DNA from: Octopus sinensis
Taxonomy: Eukaryota
NCBI RefSeq assembly: GCF_006345805.1
Contig: NW_021835276.1
Coordinates: forward strand, 1 to 41,664
Length of the DNA stretch: 41,664 nucleotides
Direction: 5' to 3'
The notes beneath the pieces are model-generated. The model saw only the letters and a list, made by a program, of their open reading frames with translations. It ran no database searches and was not told the origin of the DNA. The translations under genes and the position numbers were made by a program. How positions within the stretch are numbered: position 1 is the stretch's first letter; every line of letters starts with the position of its first letter. Below are positions 11,632 through 24,280 of this stretch, in pieces.

Positions 11632-12064
11632 ATATTTTCTTGTTTTTTAATTGTTTCAATTCTTCTGTTAAGGAGAGAGATAAGTTCACTTCCTACACCG
11701 AAACAAATGTCCATCGTTGGAACTTGAATGATAAAATTTGTAAGTGCTACATGCTGAATTTCATCGCTCCCATCACTAGCTTTACGTCATACACACAGAC
11801 TCCTGCTCCTGGGTGGTTACTCGTCCTCAGCGTGTGTTAATCATCAGCTAGTGATGATGACTCATCTCACTCGCAAAATACCATATGCATTTTTCAGCGA
11901 CGAACCGTGGCCGATCTCGTAAAAGTAGAATTAATCCATGTTAAATCTCTGAGCGAGATGTAAAGAGTAGTAATACGGAATCGTAACATAATTGCCAACT
12001 AAGCGTGGCGTCCTATACTGGACAGTGCTACTGAGATTGGTAGGCTTTATAGATCGATATGTTC

Positions 12065-12107
12065 ATGTATGTATGCATGTATATATGTATGTATATATGT
12101 ATGTATG

Positions 12108-12141
<34 letters not shown>

Positions 12142-12195
12142 TGTATGTATGTATGTATGTATGTATGTATGTATGTATGTATGTATGTATGTATG
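12065..12195. repeat. (ATGT)n tetranucleotide microsatellite
   Basis: Direct reading; explains the overlapping MYVC/HTYI ORFs. Confidence 0.95.
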
Positions 12196-12218
12196 TGTCT
12201 GTGTGCACATGCATGCAT

Positions 12219-12442
12219 GTGAGCTGGCAGAATCGTTAGCACGCCAGTTGAAATGCTTTCGTTATTTCGTCTGCCGCTACGTTCTGAGTTCAAAATCCCC
12301 CAAGGTCACTTTTGCCTTTCATCTTTCGGGGTCGATTAAATAAGTACCAGTTATGCACTGGGGTCGATGTAATAGACATACTCCTTTGTCTGCCCTTGTT
12401 TGTTCCCTCTGTGTTCAGCTCTCTGTGGACAGTAAAGAAATA
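12219..12442 (+). mobile_element. SINE family A (tail 1)
   Basis: GAGCTGGCAGAATCGTTAGCACGCC head, core, and tail ending AGTAAAGAAATA. Confidence 0.9.
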
Positions 12443-12476
12443 TGTGTGTGTTTGTGTGTGTGTGAGTGAATGTATG

Positions 12477-13620
12477 TATTAAGTTATCCCATAAATAATG
12501 CGGTAATTATACATCTATTACTTTTCAAAATGAAGATACACAACGTTCTTTTCTAATCTGAAATATATTCTCCTTCATTTTCAACAATACTCTTCCAACC
12601 ATCTGGTATATTGCAAGATCCCTCGTCCAAAATCACTTGCTCGTGACGAAAATCCTCCAGTACTATTCTGACCTCGTCTACAGAATTCATATTTTTTCCG
12701 TCCAAATGATTTTGAAGACTGCTGAATAAATCATAATCAGATGGGACAATGTCCGGCGAATATAGTGGGTGGGGATTCGTTTGACATTCAAACTGCTCCA
12801 GCCTTTGAAATGTTATTCTCGCTGTATGTAGCAGAGAATTACACTGATGGAAGAACACCTTTCGTCTTGAAACCAAAGATGGCTGTTTTTCTTTTAGCGC
12901 TGACTTAAGCCGCTCAAGCTGCTCGCAGTACATCTCCTTTGTTATCGTTTGGTATGGGTTTAAAAGTTCAAAGTGTACTAAACCTTTCATATCCCAACAA
13001 GCAGATAACAACACCTTACGTGGGTGAAGGCTTTCTTTATACTGGTTTGCCAGTGTTTCTCCTTTCCGTACCCACTGTCTTCGGCACTTGACATTTTCAT
13101 AGAGAACCTACGGTCAAAAAAAGTTCGTTTGTGAGATGTAACATCAAAGAAGAGCTAACATTCACTCTCTGCGCGCGATTAGATACGGAAAGATCGTGAG
13201 GAACCCATTCACCCAGTTTGATGACTGTTCCGATGGCATGCAGGTGTCGATGAATGGTTTAATGACCAAATCCAAGCTTCTTTACTAGTTCTTCAATAGT
13301 TACGATGAGATTTTGTTCCACAAGTGTTTGCAGGACGTCCTCGTCGAACTCTGCAGTTCTACCAGGACGCGGCTCGTATACTAGGCTGTAGTTTCGGCTT
13401 AGAATTTCTAGAACCTCCACTGACATTGGCTTATGCCTATTGTCCGATCCCCATAAACTGCATTAATATTTATTATGCCTCGCACAATCCATTGCGTTGT
13501 TGCCTATATTGAACTCATAAAACAAAATATGCCGAATACTCTCCTTTGTCACTTCCATTATAGTTTTGAAAAAAACCCTGTTAAAATCGAACTGCACACT
13601 TCAAAAGTTGCACTAAGAAT
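12477..13620 (-). mobile_element. Mariner DNA transposon remnant; one TIR-like end recognisable
   Basis: TATTAAGTTATCCCATAAATAATGCGG at 12477 is a mariner-type terminus after TA. No matching partner TIR found near 13600-13700, so the right boundary is approximate. Confidence 0.75.
12553..13558 (-). pseudogene. Mariner (DD34D) transposase pseudogene
   Basis: ATG at 13558 (MEVTKESIRHILFYEF), PRPGR linker, WVPHDL at ~13191-13208, KVLLSACWD, YSPDIVPSDYDLF. Several stops and frameshifts. First catalytic Asp (TGDEKW) deleted, HDNA degenerated to HQCNS. Confidence 0.93.
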
Positions 13621-14167
13621 AAGTCTAAGGTAAGATTACAACCTGCTTTTTTGCGCGTAAGTGTGTTAGTGTGTATGTGTGTGAAATACCCAAGAGACCA
13701 GCAGTGTGTATATTCATTCATTTTAAGCGAAGGAATTCATACCAAGATTATTCAACGAATCATTAAACCGAACAGAGCTAAATCATAATGAAATATAATT
13801 GAAATATAACGAAAGGCGTGAATTTCAGAATAGACATATCTTTTATCCACACCCTTGTTAATATTCCACGGTTTTACGGCAGGGTCTTGATGCTTATTCA
13901 TGAAGCATCCGTAGGCGAGATCATTTTCGTAGTGCTAACACAATATGTAGGCCAGATTAGAAGCCGTAGCCCTACTAGATGTCGTAAGACCGAATTTAAG
14001 CATGATGAATGAGTTCAAATTTATCGATTACGAAGTATTTCAAGACTGAATATTATGGAGAATACATTTAGCAGTGTTTCTTCGTGAAATCGAAGTTGAT
14101 GATTCACAAATCTGAGTCGCTAATCTGAGTAGTGAGGAAATGAATCATAAGCACAATCATACAGACA

Positions 14168-14217
<50 letters not shown>

Positions 14218-14383
14218 ATATCTATATAATAATATATATATATGTATATATGTATGTATGTATGTATGCATGTATAATGTACATACATACATAAATATAC
14301 ATACACATACAGACAAAAAGAAACACATATACATGCATGTATGTACTTAAAACGTATACAAGTGTATATGTCTATATACATAC

Positions 14384-14434
<51 letters not shown>

Positions 14435-14457
14435 CATACATGTGTATATATACATGT

Positions 14458-14498
<41 letters not shown>

Positions 14499-14601
14499 GC
14501 ACACATGTGTATGTATATATATGTATATATATATATATATATATATTTCATAGATGTGAATGCCTGTGCTTGTGTTTGTGCAGTTGTTTCGTTGTCAGTT
14601 C

Positions 14602-14640
<39 letters not shown>

Positions 14641-14813
14641 TCCCCCCTCTCTCTCCTTTTCTCTGTTACTATGTGCGTGTTTGAGTACGAATTCAATTTG
14701 CATATACCTACATAGATACATATATACACACAAATGCTCACACACACACACATATGTATGTATATATATATGGATGCGTATGTATGTATATAAGCATGTG
14801 CGTGTGTGCGCGC

Positions 14814-14856
<43 letters not shown>

Positions 14857-15565
14857 TAATATGCTTGTATGTATGAAGGTATACATGTGTACATATATGT
14901 CTGTGTATATCAATGCTGTGTATATACATATATATATGTAAATAAGCATGCATGCATGCATGACGTTCCAGTTGTGTACGCGTGAGTGTTTAGAATTCCA
15001 GATAAAAGAACGTGTCCTCGTGAATGTATTACTAATAACTCGTGTTTCCAAAATAATTCCATTTGATGTTTAGCCCATATTTCTCTTAATGCTTTTATTC
15101 ATTTTTTTAATTTTTATTTCATTTCGTTTTATTCCTTTATTCTCCTCATAGACTTATTATAAAAACACCGTTCACTCTTCTCCATCCATACCTCATAAAG
15201 AAGCATACACAGAGTTTATGCCGCTATTGTTAATACGATGGTTATGGATCCGGTTTTGAAATAAAGATGGGGTGGGGGGGGGTAGGAAAGTTGTATGAAT
15301 GGTTATTTCAGCCTCAGGGTAACGAGCTTTTCAGTCAATAGGTCAGTAGAGGCTTTGACCTTATTTCAGAAAGAAGGAATTAAACTAATTAGAGGAAGAT
15401 AGTTTTAAATGAAGATATAACACGGTTACTGGTGTCCTGGGGTAGGGCAAATAAAATGGCGGTAAGACGAACTAAGTATTCTTTGAGCGTCTTCTGATTC
15501 AAATCTCATCTAGAGACAGATTTACCTTTTATCTGTCAGCGTGATTAACGTAAACACACGCGCGA

Positions 15566-15610
<45 letters not shown>

Positions 15611-15747
15611 CGCGTGCGCACTCTAACACACATAAACACTCCCTCACAGACACACAACTATCTATATACGTCGGAACAGCTAGATTCATATCTGCACCTA
15701 GAAAACTCAATTAAAGTTTTTATCAAATACATTCAATAGCAATTATA

Positions 15748-16063
15748 TGTAGATCTCTCATGAGCCCCAGGACATATAAAGGAGAGGGTTGAACCCGCTT
15801 TCCTTAACACATACTTAACTAAAATTAGAACACACACCCTTAAACAGGACTGTTATGTCGCACGTACGGATGCCTTCTACTCAACTTCTACTCAGCTCCT
15901 AGTCTGCTACTACTCAACTGTTCTCTGACGACGTCTAGACTTCGCCCTCTATATCTACGTATTGCGCTAGCCTACTTCATCGTCTGGGGGCGTCCACACA
16001 ACAAGGACCCTGGTCCGTTGCAGATTTTAACATCCAAACTAATGCTGGAACTTGTTTACTGCA
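15748..16063 (-). mobile_element. Possible solo LTR
   Basis: Bounded by TGTAG...CTGCA. Minus strand has a TATA-like GATATAGAGGGCG followed by repeated AGTTGAGTAG motifs. No TSD found. Confidence 0.3.
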
Positions 16064-16085
16064 ACGTGTTATTCTTTTCTTTTTC

Positions 16086-16456
16086 TTATTCTTTTACTTG
16101 TTTCAGTCATTTGACTGCGGCCATGCTGGAGCACCGCCTTTAATCGAGCAACTCGACCCCGGGACTTATTCTTTGTAGCCCAGTACTTATTCTATCGGTC
16201 TCTTTTTGCCGAACCGCTAAGTGACGGGGACATAAACAACAGCATCGGTTGTCAAGCAATGCTAGGGGGACAAACACAGACACAACACACACACACATAT
16301 ATATATATATACATATATACGACGGGCTTCTTTCAGTTTACGTCTACCAAATCCACGCACAAGGCTTTGGTCGGCCCGAGGCTATAGTAGAAGACACTTG
16401 CCCAAGGTGTCACGCAGTGGGACTGAACCCGGAACCATGTGGTTGGTAAACAAGCT
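16086..16456 (-). mobile_element. SINE family B, head truncated
   Basis: Colinear with 17319-17756, including the CORE-like GACACCTTGGGCAAGTGTCTT. Confidence 0.92.
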
Positions 16457-17318
16457 AAAGAACACAAAGCACCGACCTGTCTATCAAGCGATCTCTATCC
16501 ACTCATTCACATACCTTCACCAAATGTTCTCAAAGCGAGTCTCGTTTTTCTTTTTGTATATAACTATCCAACAGTGTATGTACCTGCCTATGTACATCCT
16601 TAAATGTGTGTGTCTGTGTTTGTGTAGAGGCACAGTTGTGTGCCTCCTAATTCTAAACCGTGGGCTTTCCTGCCTTAATCTTTCATACTTTCATTACCCT
16701 TGTGACACCAAAAGCTCCGCGCTTGCAATTTAATTCAACGAGTATAGAACTCGAGACTATTTGACGGCGAAACGAAAAACAAGCAATCAACCAAAATGTG
16801 TCCGGTATTCAGGAAGAATTAATACACCACAAGAGGTGTCTTAAGATTTAGAAAAATCTTTGAAAGAGTCTGTGTTCGCAACAGCCTATAGAATTTTGTA
16901 AAGCATTTGCCTCTGTTCATTGAAACAAAACTGAACCTACTTATTTCACATAGAATAACTTTGCAGTTGGAATCATATTCTAGGAGACAAGACAGTTACA
17001 TTACGACTGCCTGACTGAGTCGTCATTTGCTTCGTCATTCATTCAAGAATCTTACAAGAAGATATGCATGGACCTTTATTGTTTTTCAGCTGTATGATGA
17101 ACGGCCTACGCCCTTCATTTGGCAAAATCAAAGACCTCATTTTACAGTAACAATTTCCATCTCTACGACTCACCCACCTACCGTAGATATCATGGGTCCA
17201 ACACCCTAACCTCTAAACCACACAGCTCTGTGACTGGGCTTATTAAGTTTCCCTGGATGTAAGAGATATATTGATATAAAGACCAATATCTTCTACTACT
17301 TTTCCATAGTTATATATA

Positions 17319-17510
17319 GGCGTAGGAGTGGCTGTGTGGTAAGTAACTTGCTTACCAACCACATGGTTCCGGGTTCAGTCCCACTGCGTGGCACTTTGGG
17401 CAAGTGTCTTCCACTATAGTCCCGGGCCGACCAAAGCCTTGTGAGTGGATTTGGTAGACGGAAACTGAAAGAAGCCCGTCGTATATTTATATATATATAT
17501 GCGTGTGTGT

Positions 17511-17557
<47 letters not shown>

Positions 17558-17756
17558 TCCCCCACATCGCTTGACAATCGATGCTGGTGTGTTTACGTCC
17601 TCGTAACTTAGCGGTTCGGCAAAAGAGACCGATAGAATAAGTACTAGGCTTACAAAGAATAAGTCATAGGGTCGATTTGCTCGACTAAAGGCGGTGCTAC
17701 AGCATGGCCACAGTCAAGGGACTGAAACAAGGCAAAGAGTAAAAGAGAGTAAGAGT
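17319..17756 (+). mobile_element. Full-length SINE family B
   Basis: GGCGTAGGAGTGGCTGTGTGG head, GGGTTCAGTCCC B-box, CACTTTGGGCAAGTGTCTT, internal (TA)/(TG)n 17485-17553, (AAGAGT)n-like tail. Confidence 0.93.
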
Positions 17757-19026
17757 ATACTCACACACACCGTGAAACACATTATCCTACATCTCAGTAT
17801 TCTGTGCTTCTATCACACTGTTATTCCCTCATTCTTTCTGATAATTCATTGAAGATTCCCGTGACTGTAGCACTTGATCATTTTCTCTCTCACTGAATGA
17901 GCATGAAGTTTAGACGGCGGAATAATTTCTAACACTCATCATTGCAATCGACGGAGACCCGTCTGTTGTATCTACCTTACGTTGACACGTATATAAGTAA
18001 TTTCCTCACTTCCCGACTTAAGTTCACGATAAAACAGACATTTCTATAAATATTCAGCTAATGGTCATGAAGTATAAATTATTAATATAATTTTCGTGGA
18101 AATAGTATTAAAATAATTGTTCCAGTCGACCCGTTTTTGTAGTTCAGGATGTATCTAATACCATAATTATTCGCCGTTTTTCCTGCTTCATATTATAAAA
18201 TTTGATAAGTAATTAATTTGCCACGTTGAAGGGGAGGAAAAGAAATGCAATTGCACTCTACAAATAAAGCCGATTGGTCAACTGTTTTGATTTGGTCATA
18301 TCCGGCATAGACGGAATGAATTAGGTATATTTACCGGAAATCCTTTTGATATAAATAAGCTACCACAAAAGCAATTTTCATGATACAGCTTCATTCTCTT
18401 AGAGTTTTAATAAAATTGAGAACATTGGAATTTTAAATTCTTAGCGAAAATCACTCGTGAGAGAACTGTGTCTCATATTTCTCGGTCGCCATTTTATACC
18501 ATTTCTTTCAGGTTTATGTCACTTTCTTTTCAACAAGAACAATTTTTCATCATTGTTAGTTTTTCAAATACGAATTTCTATCTCATGCAGAAAATTTAGT
18601 TAGAAAATAATGCCGATTTAAATAATTCCAGTACTTTACTCTATGTTTGTTTCAGAGGCCACACTTGATGGAAAAACAATAGTTTGTTTTGTCCTAGTCG
18701 AGCGCTGGAATACAAGGACTCGACTATAGATTGTAATATCTGTTGACTTCTGTTATATCGCTTTCAGAACTGACGTCTCTCGGTGTTGGCAGACGATAAA
18801 AAGCGACCCATTAAAGTATTATGATTAAGTATAGATATGAGGCACCGATAAATATTATATTAAGTTTTCAGTGTCCAAGAAAATCAATGGGGTGAAATAT
18901 GGAGGGGATTGGATGAAACCCATGAGGCATGCTCGAATCTATTTACATCAAAATAAAATTTTTTAAGTAAACTTTATAAGCATTAGATCTAACATAAGAT
19001 TCTTAACAGCCGAGACAAATGCAATC

Positions 19027-19240
19027 TTTTCTACTCTGGGAACAAGGCCCGAAGATTTGGGGGAGAGGGCCAGTCAATTAGGTCGACCCCAGCATGCAAC
19101 TGGTGCTTAATATATCGACCCCGAAAGGATAAAAGGCAAAGTCGAGCTCGGCGGAATTTGAACTCAGAACGTAAAGACAGACAAAATACTGCTAAGCATT
19201 GCGCCTGGCGTGTTAACGTTTCTGCCAGGCTCGCCACCTT
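19027..19240 (-). mobile_element. SINE family A (tail 2)
   Basis: Head, core and GGGCCTTGTTCCCAGAGTAGAAAAG tail. Confidence 0.9.
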
Positions 19241-19644
19241 GCCGAGAAAGATATGATACTTTACGACAAATGAAAGTAGCCCCATTTAATGTATGCCTTT
19301 TTATCCTTATAAAAAACTGAATTTTGTTAAGCAAACCGCCAAACAAATGAAATTTATACAGAAAATATATTCTTCAAAATTGTTAAGCAAATGCCAGAGC
19401 TGAGATTGACTAAATTAGTTGATGAAAGTTAGACAGTGGGTTCGTTGCATATTTTCAGTGAGATTATTCGTTAAGTTGGGTGTTCTTACTGCCACTTTCT
19501 AGCAAGCTGGTGCTTCGTGTGCACTAATATTATTATGAATTTGTTGTAAAGCTGTTTAATGCTAGTATCGCTTGCAGCCATTAATGTTATTATTGTGTTA
19601 TTTTTTGAATTATTTAGATTTTCCACTGATAATAATAATAATTA

Positions 19645-19679
<35 letters not shown>

Positions 19680-19723
19680 TAATAATATCTCTATACTATT
19701 CATTTTAATGCTTACCCATGTGA

Positions 19724-19808
<85 letters not shown>

Positions 19809-20495
19809 TATATATATATATATATGAAAAAGGTTTGAAAATGCAATTTTAAAAGATGTTTATTTACTTACCGGTTTCACTTTTTAGAGAAAGATTGTCA
19901 AAAGTAACATGTAAAAGTTTAGTTGTGTTAATTATTGGTTGTGACAAAGTGCTACAATACATATATACATTATTTGGTAACAAGTTAAGAACATAAAAAA
20001 GTTTAACAAGTTCATTAAAATATTGGGCACAAAAGATTACAACATATATATACATTCTCAGTAAAATAGTAAACATGTTTTTTTTTCTGGCGGATTGAAG
20101 AGATACATACTGTGTACGGTGTCATATGTCAGGAATTTGTATTGCTTTTAATTATTACGCGACATCTATGTTGAAAATGGGTTAATAGGTAGGCCTCATA
20201 AACTGGGCCTCATCAACTGGGCTAAGAAGCCCTCTTGCCAATACATCAAATTAGAAGCAATAATTAGACTCATTACTGAGTCAATTTACATACATACATA
20301 CATACATACGCAGGTAGATATATACATATACATACACACATATATGGATGCACACACACACACACACACACACACACGCCCACGCTCACACACATAACAC
20401 ATATATAGATATGACTATGTAAATATGTGTGCGTTTATATATATAAATTTATATACAAATGTGTGAGTGCAACTATATGTATATATATATACATT

Positions 20496-20553
<58 letters not shown>

Positions 20554-20789
20554 CACGCACATATATATACACATAAGTATATACATATACATATATATAT
20601 ATTATATATACACATACACACACATGCAGACATGCTGGACCCTTGTTCCCCTTCAAAGAGGCTTAGAGGTCCACACGAACTTGGTCTCTTAAAATATTTG
20701 TCAAGTATAATAAAAGTGGCAAAGCAGGGAATCTAAAATACTAAAATACTAAAATACAAATCTACATAATTTCCAGCCACTCATTTCCA

Positions 20790-20890
20790 CTCACAAAATT
20801 TCTGCCACCCGTGTGTGTCGTGCTGGATTCGATCCCCGGACGTCATGATTGCGAATGTGAACATCTTTTGCACTCAGTCATACCTGTGCT
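20790..20890 (-). mobile_element. Degenerate tRNA-like SINE head
   Basis: Minus strand GGTATGACTGAGTG...CGCAATCATGACGTCCGGGGATCGAATCC has the tRNA-like layout. Confidence 0.45.
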
Positions 20891-21051
20891 CTCAAATATG
20901 CCTGTATAGGTGCATGTACGCGTTTGAGTCTGTATGTGGGCCAGGAGGGATTGTCTACTCACGTACGTACACACGCATATATGTATGCATGCTTGCAATG
21001 ATATATTTATGCGCATATATATATATGTATATATATTATATATATATATAT

Positions 21052-21092
<41 letters not shown>

Positions 21093-21135
21093 TATAATAT
21101 CATTTTGAATTGATAAAACGTGTTTTTTATAATTG

Positions 21136-21168
<33 letters not shown>

Positions 21169-21171
21169 ATA

Positions 21172-21208
<37 letters not shown>

Positions 21209-21285
21209 CTTGTGAAATGTGATTTAGTATTTCTAAATTGAATTTTTCCCTGTAAGTTAGGAATAATATTCCCTCAAATAATAAT

Positions 21286-21321
<36 letters not shown>

Positions 21322-21960
21322 ATATATAAACATGCACACACACACTCACATATATATATTATATGTTTGCATGTATGTATCAATGTATATATATGTGTGT
21401 GTGTGTATAAGTGTATTATAATGAATTTAATGACAGCGTGCAGAGTGATATGAATCCAACGAATCAAGTATGAAGACAGCAAAACGACAAGGCACAGCGC
21501 TGGTTTGAACTATTTGTCCTCGTCAGCCACGTGCCAGTGTTACTTGAATATGTAACCTCTCGCCACGCAGCGAATGCCCCCGTTCCTGACAATGCTGAGT
21601 TGCTAGCCAGCTGTCATTTTACCTTAAATTAAATCCTTAAGTCTTTGCTGCATTTTTCTCCGGTTTGGAAACAGAAGTGTTATTAGGAGGAAGTATATTC
21701 GCTTTGAGATATTCGCTAACAGGACAGAAATGCCTGATCTTCAAGAGCATGTTGGTTTTGTGGGTTATGTTTATAAGTCCACTTTATAACAGAGTAGAGT
21801 CATTGGGAATAATCGTCCATATGGTGATTCCACAATGGATATATTGTTTTACAAGTGTGCTTCGTTACTCCGTGTATGTTTATAAGAGGGTAGCATGTAT
21901 GTATGTATTCTTGTATGTATGTATGTATGTATATATGTATGTATGTATGTATGTACGCAA

Positions 21961-21961
<1 letters not shown>

Positions 21962-22041
<80 letters not shown>

Positions 22042-22042
22042 C

Positions 22043-22130
<88 letters not shown>

Positions 22131-22193
22131 CTTTATCTATATATTTATCCATCTATCTATCTATCTATTTAGCTATCTATCTATCTATCTATA

Positions 22194-22242
<49 letters not shown>

Positions 22243-22245
22243 GTC
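21962..22245. repeat. (ATCT)n tetranucleotide microsatellite, ~280 bp
   Basis: Direct reading; source of the LSIY ORFs. Confidence 0.97.
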
Positions 22246-22428
22246 TATCTGCTTATATGTTTGTATGTCAGTATATTTCTCTTTGTGTATCCATCCATCG
22301 CTATATGTGTGTATTCGTATGATATATGTGTATGCAATATAAGCGTATGTGTGTGTGTGTATGTGTGTGTGTGATCGTGTGTTTCTGTGCATATATGACA
22401 CGTAGTCAATAGTATATAGGAAATATAT

Positions 22429-23138
22429 AATTCAGTCTCTGTGCAATCTTCAAAAGTTGCTGAGTATCTAAGTAATGATACTGCCTGCCCGAGTAATTAC
22501 AGCCTTCACTAGATTCGAACCATTAGAGTTGACTTCATTATCTTCCTCACCCTTCTTGATGTACTCCTTCTCGATCTTCGCTTTCAGTTTTGTAGTTAGT
22601 ACTCTGTCAGATTCTCATAATCTTAGATTCTCATAACTCTCCTCTTTTCAATGATTTTAATGCCTGGCCATCTGGTAATTGCATGCCTTCTCTTTTGTCT
22701 ACATGTATCCGTCTCATAACTAATATTTCACATTTTTCTTTGCCAAATTTGATGCCTATATTTTTGCTGAAGCGGCTTACAGTCTGAATTAAGTAATCTA
22801 TCTATTTTTCATTCTTACTAGCAGGCTTCAGATCATCCACGTAGAGCAAATGGTTAATTTTTTTCCTAACTAATTCTGAACGGATACCCTGCTTTTGCCA
22901 CCCTTAATACTAAACTGAGGGAGATCAAACATAGGACAAGCATTAAAGGGGATATCAAGTCCCCTTCAAATATTCTCTCTTGATATTAACTTTCCCTAAG
23001 ATTGTGTCACCTGAGTAGAGATCTGCTTTCAATTTATTCATACTAAAGCTAATTCTTATATGTTGTCTGCTATACTGAATATACTCAAATAGTCACTTAT
23101 CCATGTGTGGGATCATGTCATAGGCTTGCTTTTAATAT
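22429..23138 (-). pseudogene. R4/Dong-like (RLE-clade) non-LTR retrotransposon RT remnant, 5'-truncated at a (TAA)n tract
   Basis: Frameshift-corrected reading gives KxAYDMIPHxWI, a domain-5 region resembling INHLLYVDDLK, KFGKEKCEIL, an ESYxxL/ESD relic of YKYLG, and RYSATFEDCTETEL. Order and spacing fit R4/Dong-type RT. Confidence 0.85.
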
Positions 23139-23185
23139 TGTTGTTATTATTATTATTATTATTATATTATTATTATCATTATTAT

Positions 23186-23247
23186 TTTTTTTTTTTACGT
23201 GCTTTCACTTCACTACCGAGCGCAGCTATATGCGCCTTGGGTGCCTT
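23186..23247 (-). mobile_element. ~60-bp retroelement 3' end with A-tail, embedded in (TAA)n
   Basis: Unique sequence AAGGCACCCAAGGCGCATATAGCTGCGCTCGGTAGTGAAGTGAAAGCACGT followed by A12, with (TAA)n on both sides. Confidence 0.6.
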
Positions 23248-23282
23248 ATTATTATTATTGTTATTATTATTATTTATTGTTG

Positions 23283-23328
<46 letters not shown>

Positions 23329-23347
23329 CATTATTATTATTATTATT

Positions 23348-23536
23348 AAGAAAGAAGGCATGCACCCAACACCAGCGCTGAAGACACCTCCGAAAGCGGG
23401 GGGGGGGTCGCCACGTCTAAACAGTAGAGGAGTAGGGGCCGAAACCGGACGTGATTCCTCCTGATGATGTCTTGAGCTAACTGGATCCTATAAAGGAGCT
23501 GTTGTGGTAGCAGACCACGAAACACGGTTGTAATTC
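23348..23536 (-). mobile_element. ~190-bp GC-richer element fragment embedded in (TAA)n
   Basis: Minus strand ends GGGTGCATGCCTTCTTTCTT-(AAT)n. Both sides are flanked by triplet repeats. Family identity uncertain. Confidence 0.5.
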
Positions 23537-23554
23537 CTCCTCCTCCTCCTCCTC

Positions 23555-23608
<54 letters not shown>

Positions 23609-23881
23609 GTCATTGTCATCATCATTATCACTGTTGTTGTGTTGTTTTTGCTATCGTTGGTGTTTTAGATGTTTGTATTTTCACTGACCTATGGATTACA
23701 CTTTCATTAAAACGAGTAAAGGAGAAAAAATTCCACTGAGACATTATGCATATTTGATATAAATCTATTTAAGTACGGTTAGGACTGCATGCCGGAGACC
23801 ACTTAATATTCACAGCCGTTACTATTGAATATAAAACAAGTTATGGCAGCACAACCTAAAAGGAAACCATAGAGTATTTAT

Positions 23882-23923
23882 AACAACAACAACAACAATA
23901 ATGCTATTCCTACCACCACCACC

Positions 23924-23972
<49 letters not shown>

Positions 23973-24131
23973 ATAATAATAATAATAATGATGATGATAA
24001 TAATAATGATGATGATGATGATGATAATAAAAATGATAATGATAATAATACTGATGATGATGATGATGATAATAGCAATGATAATGATAATAATAATCAT
24101 AATGATAATGATAATAATAAAAATAATAATA

Positions 24132-24193
<62 letters not shown>

Positions 24194-24210
24194 GATAATA
24201 ATAATAATAA

Positions 24211-24278
<68 letters not shown>

Positions 24279-24280
24279 GC
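23882..24280. repeat. Compound in-phase trinucleotide array (AAC/CAC/TAC/AAT/GAT)
   Basis: Direct reading. Produces the long poly-I/M/Y/H/S/L ORFs. Confidence 0.97.

Noticed and set aside
13620-14150. Unique sequence next to the mariner that might be a second TE or an exon
   Set aside because: All frames I read contain frequent stops, and I recognised no motif.
18655-18830. Strong acceptor-like sites (TTTGTTTCAG, CGCTTTCAG), also at ~17088
   Set aside because: No convincing donor or recognisable peptide; such sites are common in AT-rich DNA.
23378-23536. Two consecutive CTGA(A/T)GA...GAAAC motifs suggesting tandem hammerheads
   Set aside because: No stem II closes adjacent to GAAA, and no stem I partner follows a plausible NUH site. 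Could be a decayed Penelope-type repeat; only a family alignment could rescue it.
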